The notes: generated from the letters alone by a model not told the origin. Shown: positions 35,393 to 45,667, counted from the stretch's first letter. The stretch: DNA of 53,153 nucleotides from a virus (IMGVR_UViG_3300048590_000075:1-53153), one strand, 5' to 3'. Numbers and translations: made by a program.

Positions 35393-36187
35393 TCACCACC
35401 CCATTGCTGCCTTGATACCGTCCCACCATTCCGTGATCGCCACGCCGGCCCCGGCCAGGATGAAGCCGATGACGGCGGCGAGGCCGAAGCCCGGCCCCGG
35501 TTTTTTGCCCGCTGGCGGCGAAGTCGGCTGTCCGGGCACCGTGAGCGCCACATCCGCGATACGCGGCTCAGTGACGATATTTCCGGGCGTATACGGCGTG
35601 TCTTTGATGCGCTGCCACTTGTCGAAGGCGGCGGCGAGCTTCCGGTCATAGCCATTCGCGGCAAACCCGGCGCCGTTGTAGCCCCGCGCGAAGCCCGCCC
35701 AGTCACGCGCCCGCAGAAAGCGATCCAGCTTCGCCGAGACGATGAATGTCACCATCGCCTCAAGGTGCCGCTCTTCATCGTCAAGGAAGTCCTGCACCAT
35801 CGCCCGCGCGGACGGATACCCGGCCAAGATGCAATTGAACCCCATGATCTGGCCGAGGCCCCACGACGCCGAGCGCAGCGCCGCCTCTTCGTTGATGCTC
35901 ATTGCCGAGGCGAGCCGGGGATAGCTGTCATTGGGATAGTCCCGCCGCCACTTCGGATAGGCGAGGCCCTTCCTTTCGGCGATGTCCCTGCCCTCGCCCT
36001 TGCCAAGTTCGCGCCAGAACACATGCGGCTCGAAAAGCATTCGCGGCCGGCCCTTGGCGTCAAAGCCGCGCCCGTTGGTTTCCACATCAAGCACCGCGTG
36101 GAGGGTGTCTTCATCAACCCCGATGCGCGCGCCGATGCGCGGCAGGTCGATATCGTCAAGCCGCTTGGCCTTGCCCTTGAAATTCAT
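35393..36187 (-). CDS. Endolysin, N-acetylmuramidase (DUF3380-like) with C-terminal TM
   Basis: AV..VET.G.GF..LFEPHVF, SASWGLGQIMGFN, WAGFARGYNG. Confidence 0.88.
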   Translation of the reverse strand: MNFKGKAKRLDDIDLPRIGARIGVDEDTLHAVLDVETNGRGFDAKGRPRMLFEPHVFWRELGKGEGRDIAERKGLAYPKWRRDYPNDSYPRLASAMSINEEAALRSASWGLGQIMGFNCILAGYPSARAMVQDFLDDEERHLEAMVTFIVSAKLDRFLRARDWAGFARGYNGAGFAANGYDRKLAAAFDKWQRIKDTPYTPGNIVTEPRIADVALTVPGQPTSPPAGKKPGPGFGLAAVIGFILAGAGVAITEWWDGIKAAMGW

Positions 36188-36648
36188 GCCCCTGCCCTCA
36201 CGGTAAAGATGTTGCTCGTCGCGCATGTCGTTTTCGACGGCAGGATGCCCCACATCGGATACAGCACCGTCCGGCACGTCTCCGTGTAGTAGGCCCCCGG
36301 CTCGATCCGCGCGCAGGCGGCCTTGCCGTCCGTCCACTCGACGAGGCTCATGGTCTGCACCCCGGAGATGCCGCCCCGGTAGCGCAGCCGGTCGGTGCCG
36401 GTGCAGCCGCCGGCGACTTCGTTGGTCAGCACGTCGCGCGTCGTCGCGGTGTATTCGCCGAGGAACGAAAACCGGATGGTGCGATCCTCCACCACCGTCG
36501 GCGCGGAGCCTGCCGTGGCGTCGGAAATGGCGATGCTATGGCTGTCAAACCACACCCGCGCCGGCATGGCCCACAGGGCGAGGTAAAGCCCGAGCGCGGG
36601 CCAGAAAACCCACCACCTGTTCAGCGTCCTGCGAACCATAGCCATCAT
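36184..36648 (-). CDS. Membrane-anchored hypothetical protein
   Basis: N-terminal TM; coupled. Confidence 0.65.
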   Translation of the reverse strand: MMAMVRRTLNRWWVFWPALGLYLALWAMPARVWFDSHSIAISDATAGSAPTVVEDRTIRFSFLGEYTATTRDVLTNEVAGGCTGTDRLRYRGGISGVQTMSLVEWTDGKAACARIEPGAYYTETCRTVLYPMWGILPSKTTCATSNIFTVRAGA

Positions 36649-36908
36649 CCGAGCCACCCTCGCCATGCCGCCGCGATGCGGTCCCATTGGGTCAGCACGT
36701 AAACCAGCCCCGCGAGCACCCATTTGCCCCATCCGAAAAACCAGCGCGCCGCGTCGATCCGCGCGAAAAACAGCACGCCGCGGCGAATTGCCTCCCGCTC
36801 TTCCGCCGTAAGCGGCACGGCGGCGGGGTTATTCTCCGCCGCTGCAACCAGCTTTTCCGAGGCCTTGGTGAATTGGTCGATGATTTCGAGCGGGCCTTTG
36901 TCACGCAT
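36645..36908 (-). CDS. Small membrane protein
   Basis: C-terminal TM; GAGG RBS. Confidence 0.65.
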   Translation of the reverse strand: MRDKGPLEIIDQFTKASEKLVAAAENNPAAVPLTAEEREAIRRGVLFFARIDAARWFFGWGKWVLAGLVYVLTQWDRIAAAWRGWLG

Positions 36909-36909
36909 G

Positions 36910-39900
36910 TCACCTCACCGTGTTGATCAGCGTGTTCGGGAAGAGCGCGTTGAAGTTGATCATCGGACGCAGGTTCATCAGCCCGTCGCCGGGAACCCCG
37001 ATGTTGACGCAGGGCACGCCCTTCCAGACCGCGTTCTGCATATCCTCGGGGTATTTCAGCGAGGCCCCGGCGCCGCCCGGCAGGAGCATGATCGTGTCGG
37101 TGTTGATGAACTTCTGCGTGCCATTGCCGTAGTAAAGCTCGATGTTGCCGCCAACGAGTTCTGCCCGCTGCGCCGGCTGGCCGTTGATGTAGAAGCCCAT
37201 CGCCTGCGTGTAGTGCGGGAAGGTCGCGGGGTTGAGCTGGCTCTCCGACCGCGCCGCAAACACGTTGGTGATGGCACCAGCCGCCGCGCTGATCGTCACC
37301 TTCGTATCGGCCCAGGTCACGGAGGTGATCTCCGGCTGGGTCGTGACCAGCCCGAGCGCCTCGCACATCGCATAGGCAAGATGCCCCGCGAACCTCTGGC
37401 CGCCGTCCGCGTTCTTTCGGCTCGGGTGCGGGATGTCGGTCCAGCCCCCGCCCGAGGCATAGCCGTTGAGGTAGGAGCAAAGCTCGATCCCCCGCAGCGA
37501 CGGCCCGACACTGGCGCCGGCGAAGAACGTATCCACCGCCTGCCTGCATCCGTGGATGTTGGCGCTTGTGTAGTCGGTATGGGCGCCGCCGCCGGTCGGG
37601 GTGTCGTAGCTGTCGTTGTCCTGCCGCACGTCGAACTTGTGCTGCCCGAGGACCGGGATCGTCACGGCCGGGTTGAACTGTTCCGGCATCAGGTGCGCGA
37701 CCGAGAAGGCTGTGGCACCGCTCTTGTTCTTGACGTTCCACGGCGCGCTGATCGCCGCGCCGTTGTCCTTGCCGAGCCAGAGGTTCTCGAAGGCCCGCGC
37801 ATAGGCGGTGTCGAGGTTGCGGTTGGCCGAGAGCCACGACTGGTATTGCAGGCCGGGCGTTCCCGAGAGCGCGCCCTTAATCGCGGCGACGGTCGAGAAC
37901 GGGAAGGACGCCGAGCCATCGTTGAAGAGCGTCTGCCAGCCCATGCCGGTGTAGGTGATCCAGCCGACCTCCCAGGTATCGAGCGGCCCGCCAATGGCAA
38001 TGAGCATGTTGGCGAAGGCGATCATCGGCCCGGAGAGGCTGGCGTCTGACGCCACGATCCATTTCGAGACAACCGGGCGAGGGTCGCCGACGCGCGGGTT
38101 GTGATAGACGAACTTGACCCGGTTGTCGGCGGTCAGCGCGGGCTTCGACGGCGCTCCGGCCGCATCCGCGTTCAGGATGTGCTCGATTTCCGACTGGCCG
38201 TAGAGCACCATGATCCGGTGCGTCCCGGCAGGAGCGGCGACATTGATCTGGTTCGAGGATGCCGACCATGCCCCTGCGCCGATCCCGTTCACCGCGCGGA
38301 ACTGGATGCGGTAGTTGCTGGCGGCGGTCACGGGGATGTTGCCAGCCGTCCTCGACACGTCCTGCACCGTGGTCCAGTTGGTGCCGTCGGTGGACCAGCG
38401 CAGGTCGTAGCGGGTAATCAGCGAGCGCATGTTGAGGGGCCGCGCGTTCGCGGCCCAGGCGATTGCGCCGGGCGCGGCCGAGATGACCGGCGCTGCCATC
38501 GTCGCGGGCACCTGCGCCGGCTGCGCGGCGAGATAGGGGTAGGGCACCGGCGCACCGATGCCGACGACCTTCCCCGCCGCAACCGAGGCAGCGTAGTCGA
38601 AATAGCGCACATACCAGTCGTCGAACCGCGCCGACGAATGCATCAGGGTCGGGTGATACCGAAGATCGACCAGCACATCGTAAAAGACGTTCCCCGCCTT
38701 GCCACCGTTGCCAACGCTGAGGAATGTGCTCTGTGCCGCCGGATCGTCGTGGCCGACGAGGATATTTTCCTCGACGATCAGCCCGGCGCCACCGGCGCCG
38801 CCGAAATCGGATGGCGCCTGACGGATCGCGTTGTTGAAGCCGGTGCCGCCGCCCGGCGTGACGCTCGTGGGCGTCCTGTTGCCGACCATGAGGTTCCGCC
38901 GGATGAAGCTGCCCGGCTCGGCCAGCCGGAAGTCGATGCCGTCGATATGCGCCCCGGACGTGAGGTGGCAGCCGAACAGCAGGTTGTCTCTGGCCTGAAG
39001 ATAGTTCCCGGCGCCGGGCCCCTTGATCGGGTCTTGCCCGGCCCAGTCCCGCAGATCGTTATTGTGCGCGACAGCGGTGCCTGTGGCGTCGTTGAAGGAC
39101 AGTTCCACGATGCCGCCACGATAGCCGGGATTGGTGATCCGGCAGTATCGCACGGTCGGGTTGAGGCCGCCGATGCTCCACTGGCGACCCTGACCGCCGG
39201 CACCGTTGGCGTTCACGTCGCCAAGGCAGTCCTCGAAGATGTTGTTTGCCCCGGAGTTGACCAGCTTGAAGCCGGAAAAATCAACGCCGGTGATGGTCTT
39301 GTTCGAGCCGGTGACGGTGATGGTGGAGCCGTTGTTCGAGACGCCGGACTGCCCCGCCGCCCATGTCGCGGCAGACGTAAGTGGGCTTACCCTCGGGCCA
39401 ACGCCGGTGCCGCCGTCATAGGCGAAAACCTCGTCATACCAGACGCCGCTACCGCCGGAGGCGATGGCCGTGGTCCAGGTCCAGGTATCGTCGGTTCCGG
39501 CAGCGATGCCGTTCCCGGCAACATCCGTGACCACGCCCGCGTCCCAACGCAGCGAATACTGTCGGATGTCGTTCTGCGACATGGTGGGCGTGAACGAGAC
39601 GGTATTGCCCGCGATCACGGTCTGACCGACCGGGAAGGTTTCCAGCACCGCGCCGCCGGTCATGTCGTAGACGATGAAGTTGCCGGCCCCGGCGACGACC
39701 GGCTCGCTGAGAGTAACGGTGACGGGCGCGTTCTGCTCGATCCCCGTGCCGCTCGGCGTGACACTCGAAACCGTCGGCGCGGTGGTGTCGATGGCAACCG
39801 AGGTTCCCGTGACCTTGATCGTCAGCGACCCCTTGGCGGCCGACACCACCGAGCCGTCTTCAAGCGCCCAGCGGTGCGAGGTAATCGTGAGGAGCGTGAC

Positions 39901-40362
39901 GGTCTGGCCCTGCGCCGGGGCCAGCGCCGCATCGGCTGCGTTGTAGCTAACCTGCACGAAGCCCCAGAAGCCGAGGGTGATGGTGAAGATGCCGGAAGTG
40001 AAGACGAAGGATTCCGCATGGGTCGCATCGGTCGCCGCGTCGTCCATCGTGAAATTGTAGGTCGTGCCTCCCACCACCATGTCATACATTCGGACGAAAA
40101 CCCCGGCTTGCGGATAGGGGAAAGGAATGAGGCGGTTATGGATGGCTTCGATGGTGCCGTCGGTCATGATGTTGAACTCCAGATCGGGGGTATCACCGGG
40201 AAGCGGATCAGATGGAGGCGCGGTCTCGGAGACGCGGGTGATGCGCATGCCGGGGCCGACCTGTGCGCCGTTCGAGACGTAGACCGGCTCGCCCGCCGCG
40301 TTGAGCTTCAGATCGCGCCAGGACCCGGCGCTCTCCACCCATATTTCCAGCTTGCGGGTCAT
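36910..40362 (-). CDS. Tail spike/receptor-binding protein (Ig-like, beta-helix, FN3, SGNH-esterase-like)
   Basis: DTTAPTV..LSEPV; beta-helix repeats; RAVNGIGAGAWS; VLYGQSE..DIPHP; start coupled by ATGA. Confidence 0.75.
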   Translation of the reverse strand: MTRKLEIWVESAGSWRDLKLNAAGEPVYVSNGAQVGPGMRITRVSETAPPSDPLPGDTPDLEFNIMTDGTIEAIHNRLIPFPYPQAGVFVRMYDMVVGGTTYNFTMDDAATDATHAESFVFTSGIFTITLGFWGFVQVSYNAADAALAPAQGQTVTLLTITSHRWALEDGSVVSAAKGSLTIKVTGTSVAIDTTAPTVSSVTPSGTGIEQNAPVTVTLSEPVVAGAGNFIVYDMTGGAVLETFPVGQTVIAGNTVSFTPTMSQNDIRQYSLRWDAGVVTDVAGNGIAAGTDDTWTWTTAIASGGSGVWYDEVFAYDGGTGVGPRVSPLTSAATWAAGQSGVSNNGSTITVTGSNKTITGVDFSGFKLVNSGANNIFEDCLGDVNANGAGGQGRQWSIGGLNPTVRYCRITNPGYRGGIVELSFNDATGTAVAHNNDLRDWAGQDPIKGPGAGNYLQARDNLLFGCHLTSGAHIDGIDFRLAEPGSFIRRNLMVGNRTPTSVTPGGGTGFNNAIRQAPSDFGGAGGAGLIVEENILVGHDDPAAQSTFLSVGNGGKAGNVFYDVLVDLRYHPTLMHSSARFDDWYVRYFDYAASVAAGKVVGIGAPVPYPYLAAQPAQVPATMAAPVISAAPGAIAWAANARPLNMRSLITRYDLRWSTDGTNWTTVQDVSRTAGNIPVTAASNYRIQFRAVNGIGAGAWSASSNQINVAAPAGTHRIMVLYGQSEIEHILNADAAGAPSKPALTADNRVKFVYHNPRVGDPRPVVSKWIVASDASLSGPMIAFANMLIAIGGPLDTWEVGWITYTGMGWQTLFNDGSASFPFSTVAAIKGALSGTPGLQYQSWLSANRNLDTAYARAFENLWLGKDNGAAISAPWNVKNKSGATAFSVAHLMPEQFNPAVTIPVLGQHKFDVRQDNDSYDTPTGGGAHTDYTSANIHGCRQAVDTFFAGASVGPSLRGIELCSYLNGYASGGGWTDIPHPSRKNADGGQRFAGHLAYAMCEALGLVTTQPEITSVTWADTKVTISAAAGAITNVFAARSESQLNPATFPHYTQAMGFYINGQPAQRAELVGGNIELYYGNGTQKFINTDTIMLLPGGAGASLKYPEDMQNAVWKGVPCVNIGVPGDGLMNLRPMINFNALFPNTLINTVR

Positions 40363-42329
40363 GCGGGCCTCAGCACGATGGAGAAACCGATCCACGAGCA
40401 CGAGGCGCTCGTCTCGCCGCCGGTGAAAGCGTCGGGATCGAAGGCGCCGGCGGTCCAGTCGGTCTTGACGGCTGCGCCGATCACGCCGCCACGGGTCGAG
40501 CCCGCGCCCTGCGCCTGGTGAAAGCCGGTCATGTTCGCTGGCCCGGTGAAGGCGACAGGCGTGGGGTCGGACGATCCGAAGCCGCCTGCGAGGATCAGCG
40601 CGCCGGCCGTCACCGGCGTGATCGCCGGGGGGTTGACCATCGCCGAGTTGACATCGCTCGTCGTCACCACCGCGACATCGAGCGCGGTTGCCGCATCGAT
40701 GCCGCGCGCGACGAAGGCGATGGCACCGCCGCCACCAGCTGAGTTGTTGACCAGCGAGACCGTGACGGAAGTGTCGGGCACCGCCCCCATGCGCTTGCGC
40801 CAAGCCCGCAAGTTCGACTTGAAGCTGTCGCTGATGAAGATGTTGGCGATGATCTCGGTCCAGGTGCCATCCGGGCCAGCCGGCGCCGTGTCGATGCCGG
40901 AGGAGCCACCCGCGATGAGGATCACCTCGTCGCCCGTCGTCGCCGCCGATGCGATGCCGTCAACAAGCGCGGTGAGGTCAATGTTGGCCGAGCCGCCGTT
41001 GTTCGCGCCCACGCCTTTCCATCCGACGATGGAGATGCCCGCCGCCGCCGTAGTGAAGCCGTCGCCGGATGCCACAGTGGATTGGTTCGCCGCCGCGTCC
41101 TCGTGCATGAAATGGATCGTGTAGGCGGTCGATGCGGTCAGACCCGATGGCGCCGGGGAAAGCGTCTGGACGCCCGTTGCGGCAACCGCCTGCGATCCCG
41201 CATCCGCCGCTGCCGCGCCAGTGTGATCCTGCCCTGCCTTCACCTGAGCCTTCGTCGGCGCGGTGCCAGAGGTCGAGACCACCCACCAGAGCGTGCCATT
41301 GCCCTCGTCCGTGCTTACCGATCCAGTCGCAGCCGTCGCGCCGTTCGCTGCATCTACCGGCGAGGACAGCACGGGCGCAGTCGCATCGGCCAGCGTCGTC
41401 GTCACGCTCTTGGTGTCGCTGTCCGCGCCGTTCCCCTTCGCATTCACCGCGCGGATCAGCACGTTCGTCGCCGCGCCGTCGGTGAAGCCCGCGACATCGT
41501 AATTGCCGGTTGTGGTGCCGCCGAGGCTCGTCCACGCGCCCGCGCCGACTTTGCGCTCAAGGTCCATGATCGCCGAACCGTTCGCCGCCGGAAGCGAGGA
41601 AATGGCGATCCGCGCATCGCCGCCGGTGACAAGATCGGTGACGGTCCACTGGCCCGAGGTGAAGGCGTCGGGAGCGCCGGTCGTGGTGACGGACTTCGTG
41701 TCCGACCATGCGCCGGGGCCGCTGGCGTTAATGGCGCGCACCTGAATATCGGTCGCCGTGCCGTCCGGCAGGCCGCCGATGCCATACGTTCCAGTCGCCG
41801 CCGCGCCCCACGACTGTGCCGCGCCAACACCGATCCTGTATTCCAGATCGGTGAGCGCCGAGCCGTTGTCGGCCGGAAGCGTCGAGATCGTGACTGTCGC
41901 ATCGCCGTTCGTGCCTGCGTCTGCGATGGACCAGTTCCCGACGACGAAGGCATCCGGCACCGCGCCGCCACCCGGCGGAACAGTCCACTCAAGGTCCGAC
42001 GTGGCATAGCTGAAGTCGATGATCGTGCTCGGCTCGGCGTAGTAGTCCCGCGTCGCCGCCCCGGCCGTCAGGTGGACCAGCGCCGCGCCCACCACATCGC
42101 CAGCCTGCAGGACGTAGGTTGAGAGCACCGGCCCGCCGTCGACGGTGTAGGCGACGCTCGCCTCAACAACCGGGATGCCATCGAAGTCGGGATAGACGCC
42201 CGCCGTGAAGGCGCTCCCGATCACGTCGCCAACGCGCATCTTCGCCGGATCGAGATACGCGGGCGTGGTGATCTGGATCGTAGGCACCACGATCCCGCCG
42301 CCAAGCATCAGGAACAGGTTGATGTTCAT
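40359..42329 (-). CDS. Tail-associated protein with tandem FN3 domains
   Basis: Two PDAF..W..LPA.NGSA..DLE..RA.NA.G.G..SDTKSVTTT repeats. Confidence 0.75.
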   Translation of the reverse strand: MNINLFLMLGGGIVVPTIQITTPAYLDPAKMRVGDVIGSAFTAGVYPDFDGIPVVEASVAYTVDGGPVLSTYVLQAGDVVGAALVHLTAGAATRDYYAEPSTIIDFSYATSDLEWTVPPGGGAVPDAFVVGNWSIADAGTNGDATVTISTLPADNGSALTDLEYRIGVGAAQSWGAAATGTYGIGGLPDGTATDIQVRAINASGPGAWSDTKSVTTTGAPDAFTSGQWTVTDLVTGGDARIAISSLPAANGSAIMDLERKVGAGAWTSLGGTTTGNYDVAGFTDGAATNVLIRAVNAKGNGADSDTKSVTTTLADATAPVLSSPVDAANGATAATGSVSTDEGNGTLWWVVSTSGTAPTKAQVKAGQDHTGAAAADAGSQAVAATGVQTLSPAPSGLTASTAYTIHFMHEDAAANQSTVASGDGFTTAAAGISIVGWKGVGANNGGSANIDLTALVDGIASAATTGDEVILIAGGSSGIDTAPAGPDGTWTEIIANIFISDSFKSNLRAWRKRMGAVPDTSVTVSLVNNSAGGGGAIAFVARGIDAATALDVAVVTTSDVNSAMVNPPAITPVTAGALILAGGFGSSDPTPVAFTGPANMTGFHQAQGAGSTRGGVIGAAVKTDWTAGAFDPDAFTGGETSASCSWIGFSIVLRPA

Positions 42330-42360
42330 GGCGCCTCCTTTTGTTCGCGTATCGTCATGA

Positions 42361-45300
42361 TCAGATCGGTTTCACGGTGATCTCGGCGCGGCCGTCGGGC
42401 AGGATGCGGCGCACCCGGCCGACGCTCAGCCGGTACTCGGCGAAGGTGACGGCATCGTCATCGACGAACCTGGCGCCGATGCGGCCGTCTCCGGCGCGCT
42501 CCGGCACGATCCAGTCGCCGGGCTTCGCGCCCGTGACGTTGACCGGCACCTTGCCGCAATAGGCGATGCGGTCGACGCGCTGGCGGGCGGCCTCGGCGGC
42601 CGCGCGGCGGGCCGCCAGCGCCGCCTCGTGGGGCACCAGCACGGCGGCGCGCCAGTCGGCGAGATGCGCATCGCGGGCGGCCTGCCAGGCCGCGTGCGCC
42701 GCGTCCCAGTCCGCCGCCCGCGCCGCCACGTCGGCGGCGTCGCTCGTGCGCGTGTTGACCATCGGCCGCTCGCCGAGGCCGTGGGCGCGCAGATGCACGG
42801 GCTCCTCATAAGCCGGCTCCACCGGCTCGGCCGCATCGCCGCCCCAGGTGTCGCCGCCGACGAGGTTGGGGCTGGTGGACTTCACCGCGAAGGAGATCGC
42901 GAGGTCGAAGCGATCGGTCAGCAGGCCGTCGGCATCGAAGCCGACGATGGCGCCCTTGGCGATGTGGCCGCAGTCCGCGTGTTTGGTCTCGTATTCGGCA
43001 TAGTCCGCACCGCTCGCGTTGATCGTGCCGCCGGCATTGATCGAGCGGCCGGTGGTGCTGTTGGCGCGCATCCGAAGCGCCGCGTCGGCGGTGTTGGCGA
43101 CGGTGCCGGCGGCGAGATATGCGCGCAAGCCCTCCTGCCCGTCCGAGGCGCGGGCAAGCGCCAGGATTTCGTTGCCCTCGGCGCTGGCGTTGGTGAGGAC
43201 CAGCCGTGCCTGGTTGTCGAGCACCATCGCGCCCGAGACGGAGTTCTTGTAGAGCACCGCGTCGGAACCGCCGCCGCTGAGCTTGATGCCGTGGGTGGCG
43301 CCGGCGCCGAGATGGATCGCGGCGTCCGAGAAGGTCGCGGCCTGGCTGTCGTAGCCCACCACTCCGGCGAAGGTGCTGCCGAGCCAGATGCCGCGCCCCG
43401 AAATGTTGCCGAGCCAGAGGCCGGTCGCGAAGGTGCCGCCGGCCGAGCCGGCCACGGCGACGGCCGCGAAATTCACCGGATCGTCGAAGCAGTTGACCAG
43501 CAGCCCCGCGCCGTTCTGCGCGCCCGTGCCCGCCGCCATCTGAATGTCGATCTCGTGGCCGAGCACCGCCGTCGGATTGCCCTCCGGGTAGTCGAGCCCG
43601 CGCGAGTTGCTGAGCACCGAGACATGGCCCCAGAGGTTCTGCGGCCCGAGCCCGATGGTGCAGGCGGCAGAGCCACCCACGTTGCCGTTACCCTCCGGCA
43701 GGCCGATCGAGAAGGCGTGGAGCGTGGTCTGAGGCGAGTCCGGCGCGGTCGCCCCCCACTCGCGCGAGAAGGCATGGTCGGAAACGGCCATGACGTTGCC
43801 GGGCCATTGGCCCTTGGTGTCGCGCGCGCGGAGCTCGTCGGCCAGCTCGACCAGGCTGTTCATGCCGCGCACCGAGGTCAGGGTCGCCTCGTTGGCGCGG
43901 TCGAAGCGCAGGATTACCCCCTGCGGCCGCGTGGGCGTGAACACCGCGCCGTCGGTCACCCAGGCGCGGTGGCGAAAGCCGCTGACCGCGAAGAACTGGT
44001 CGCCGAAATCGTAGGGCAGGTTGCCGAGCATGGCGGCGGCGAGGTTGCTGCCGAGAAGCCGCGATCCCGCCGCCGTGGTGCGGTGGCTAGCCAGCTGATA
44101 CCCGGTGAGGCCGGGGATGAAGGTGGCGCGGATCGTCCACTTGTGGATATGGGCAAGCGCGAGGTCAACCGCGCCGCCGGAGCCGGAGAACTCGGTGATG
44201 AAACGCGCCACCACGAGCTTCGCTTTCGCGGCCCCGGCGATGCCGGCGCGCAGCCCGGTCATGAGACTGTTCAGATAGCCGCCGGCCTGCGCCTCGGTCG
44301 TGGCGCCGGTGGCGTCGGCATAGCCGCCCGCCCAGGCGACGCCGATGAAGCGGTTGGTGCCGCCCCCGTGCGCGAGGGCCGCGTTGATGCCGGTCACCGC
44401 GGCGGTATAGGCCGCACCCCCCGACTGCCAGGCCGACATGGTGCCGGCGACGGTGCCGGCGGCGGCGACGATGATGATGCCGCGGTTGGCGGGGGTTTTC
44501 GCCAGCATCCCCTTGGCGAAGTTGAGGCCGGGGCTGACGCCCGCCGCCGGTCCCGGCCCGCCGAGCGGCTGGCCCGCCGCGGTGATGCCCGGAAGATCGT
44601 AAGAATACTGCAGGATGCGCGCGTCGGGCGCATCGAGCACGCCGTCGATCGGGCCGGGGTTGTCGCCCGCCATCCAGTCGTCGCCGGCCAAGAGGTAGAC
44701 GTCATAGCCTGCCGGCGTCGGGAAGGCCCATGTGCCGGCCGGGATCACGCATTCGCGCTGGCCGGCGAAGTCCCACATCCGCTGGAAGGCGGCGCGGTCG
44801 TCGGTGACACCATCGCCCTTCGCACCGAACATGCGCGGCGTGATCAGAAGGTTGCCGGGAGAGACGTAGAGCTTCACCCCGCCCGCCGTGGTGGCGTGAT
44901 GATCGGATGCGCCCGAGGCTGCGACCGTGAAAAGCGCGCCCCCGGCGTAGACGACTTCGCCAGTCGCGGCCATGAGAGACGTAGACGCCAGAAGGTCGGT
45001 GACGCTGCCGAAGTGAAGCCCGCCCATGCTGGCGAGCATGGTGAACGCCACCGCCGCAGCACCGATCTGCGGGTCATCGGTGGTGACAGACCATTCGGTG
45101 TTTCCGTTGGCAGCACCGCTCACCACATAGACGCGCGTCCCCTGTACCGCGTCCCTAACCCCGTTGAAGTCCTCGGCGCGCGACCACGATCCGGTGGAGA
45201 CATTCCAGATGCCATTGTCGATCGCGCTCGCCTGATCCTTGACCAGCACACGATCGCCGCCGGCAAGCGCCACGCCGTCGACGGTTTGCTCGCCCGACAG

Positions 45301-45393
45301 CGTGATGTTCGCCGTTGTCGCCACGCGAACCGGCGCCTTCACCGCCACGGAAGTCTCGATTCCTTCCAGCCGGTCCAGATAGGTTGATGCCAT
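42361..45393 (-). CDS. Tail fiber with C-terminal autocleaving chaperone (peptidase G2-like)
   Basis: N-terminal VRVATTANITLSG anchor; FGAKGDGVTDD; GADYAEY..IAYCGKVPV. Confidence 0.82.
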   Translation of the reverse strand: MASTYLDRLEGIETSVAVKAPVRVATTANITLSGEQTVDGVALAGGDRVLVKDQASAIDNGIWNVSTGSWSRAEDFNGVRDAVQGTRVYVVSGAANGNTEWSVTTDDPQIGAAAVAFTMLASMGGLHFGSVTDLLASTSLMAATGEVVYAGGALFTVAASGASDHHATTAGGVKLYVSPGNLLITPRMFGAKGDGVTDDRAAFQRMWDFAGQRECVIPAGTWAFPTPAGYDVYLLAGDDWMAGDNPGPIDGVLDAPDARILQYSYDLPGITAAGQPLGGPGPAAGVSPGLNFAKGMLAKTPANRGIIIVAAAGTVAGTMSAWQSGGAAYTAAVTGINAALAHGGGTNRFIGVAWAGGYADATGATTEAQAGGYLNSLMTGLRAGIAGAAKAKLVVARFITEFSGSGGAVDLALAHIHKWTIRATFIPGLTGYQLASHRTTAAGSRLLGSNLAAAMLGNLPYDFGDQFFAVSGFRHRAWVTDGAVFTPTRPQGVILRFDRANEATLTSVRGMNSLVELADELRARDTKGQWPGNVMAVSDHAFSREWGATAPDSPQTTLHAFSIGLPEGNGNVGGSAACTIGLGPQNLWGHVSVLSNSRGLDYPEGNPTAVLGHEIDIQMAAGTGAQNGAGLLVNCFDDPVNFAAVAVAGSAGGTFATGLWLGNISGRGIWLGSTFAGVVGYDSQAATFSDAAIHLGAGATHGIKLSGGGSDAVLYKNSVSGAMVLDNQARLVLTNASAEGNEILALARASDGQEGLRAYLAAGTVANTADAALRMRANSTTGRSINAGGTINASGADYAEYETKHADCGHIAKGAIVGFDADGLLTDRFDLAISFAVKSTSPNLVGGDTWGGDAAEPVEPAYEEPVHLRAHGLGERPMVNTRTSDAADVAARAADWDAAHAAWQAARDAHLADWRAAVLVPHEAALAARRAAAEAARQRVDRIAYCGKVPVNVTGAKPGDWIVPERAGDGRIGARFVDDDAVTFAEYRLSVGRVRRILPDGRAEITVKPI

Positions 45394-45481
45394 GTCGTTA
45401 TTGCCTCATGGTAAAGCCCGCCCAAAGTGGACGGGTTGCCTGCGTTCAGGTTTTGGGTTGCGAGCCACTCAGGAGGAGCGG

Positions 45482-45667
45482 ATGACGAAGTTGCTCAGGA
45501 TCGCGTTTGCCGCGGTGAGCCTGTTTCTGGCCTTCGGGCTTTTCATTAGCGCCGGGCGCGACCCCGGCCATGCGTCAGGTCTGCTTTTCATGGCCGCGAT
45601 GTTTGCGACCAACGGCTTTCTTCACTGGACCGCGCGATCAGCGGGCCAGCGGGTTGCGCCCGAGTAG
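45482..45667 (+). CDS. Small two-TM protein, opposite strand
   Basis: AGGAGG RBS; two hydrophobic segments. Confidence 0.65.
   Translation: MTKLLRIAFAAVSLFLAFGLFISAGRDPGHASGLLFMAAMFATNGFLHWTARSAGQRVAPE

Noticed and set aside
42628-45387. 919-aa plus-strand ORF
   Set aside because: Antisense shadow of the GC-biased tail fiber gene; no motifs or convincing RBS
36910-45393. Diversity-generating retroelement suggested by the BPP-1-like gene order
   Set aside because: No reverse transcriptase and no TR/VR pair with adenine-specific mismatches seen
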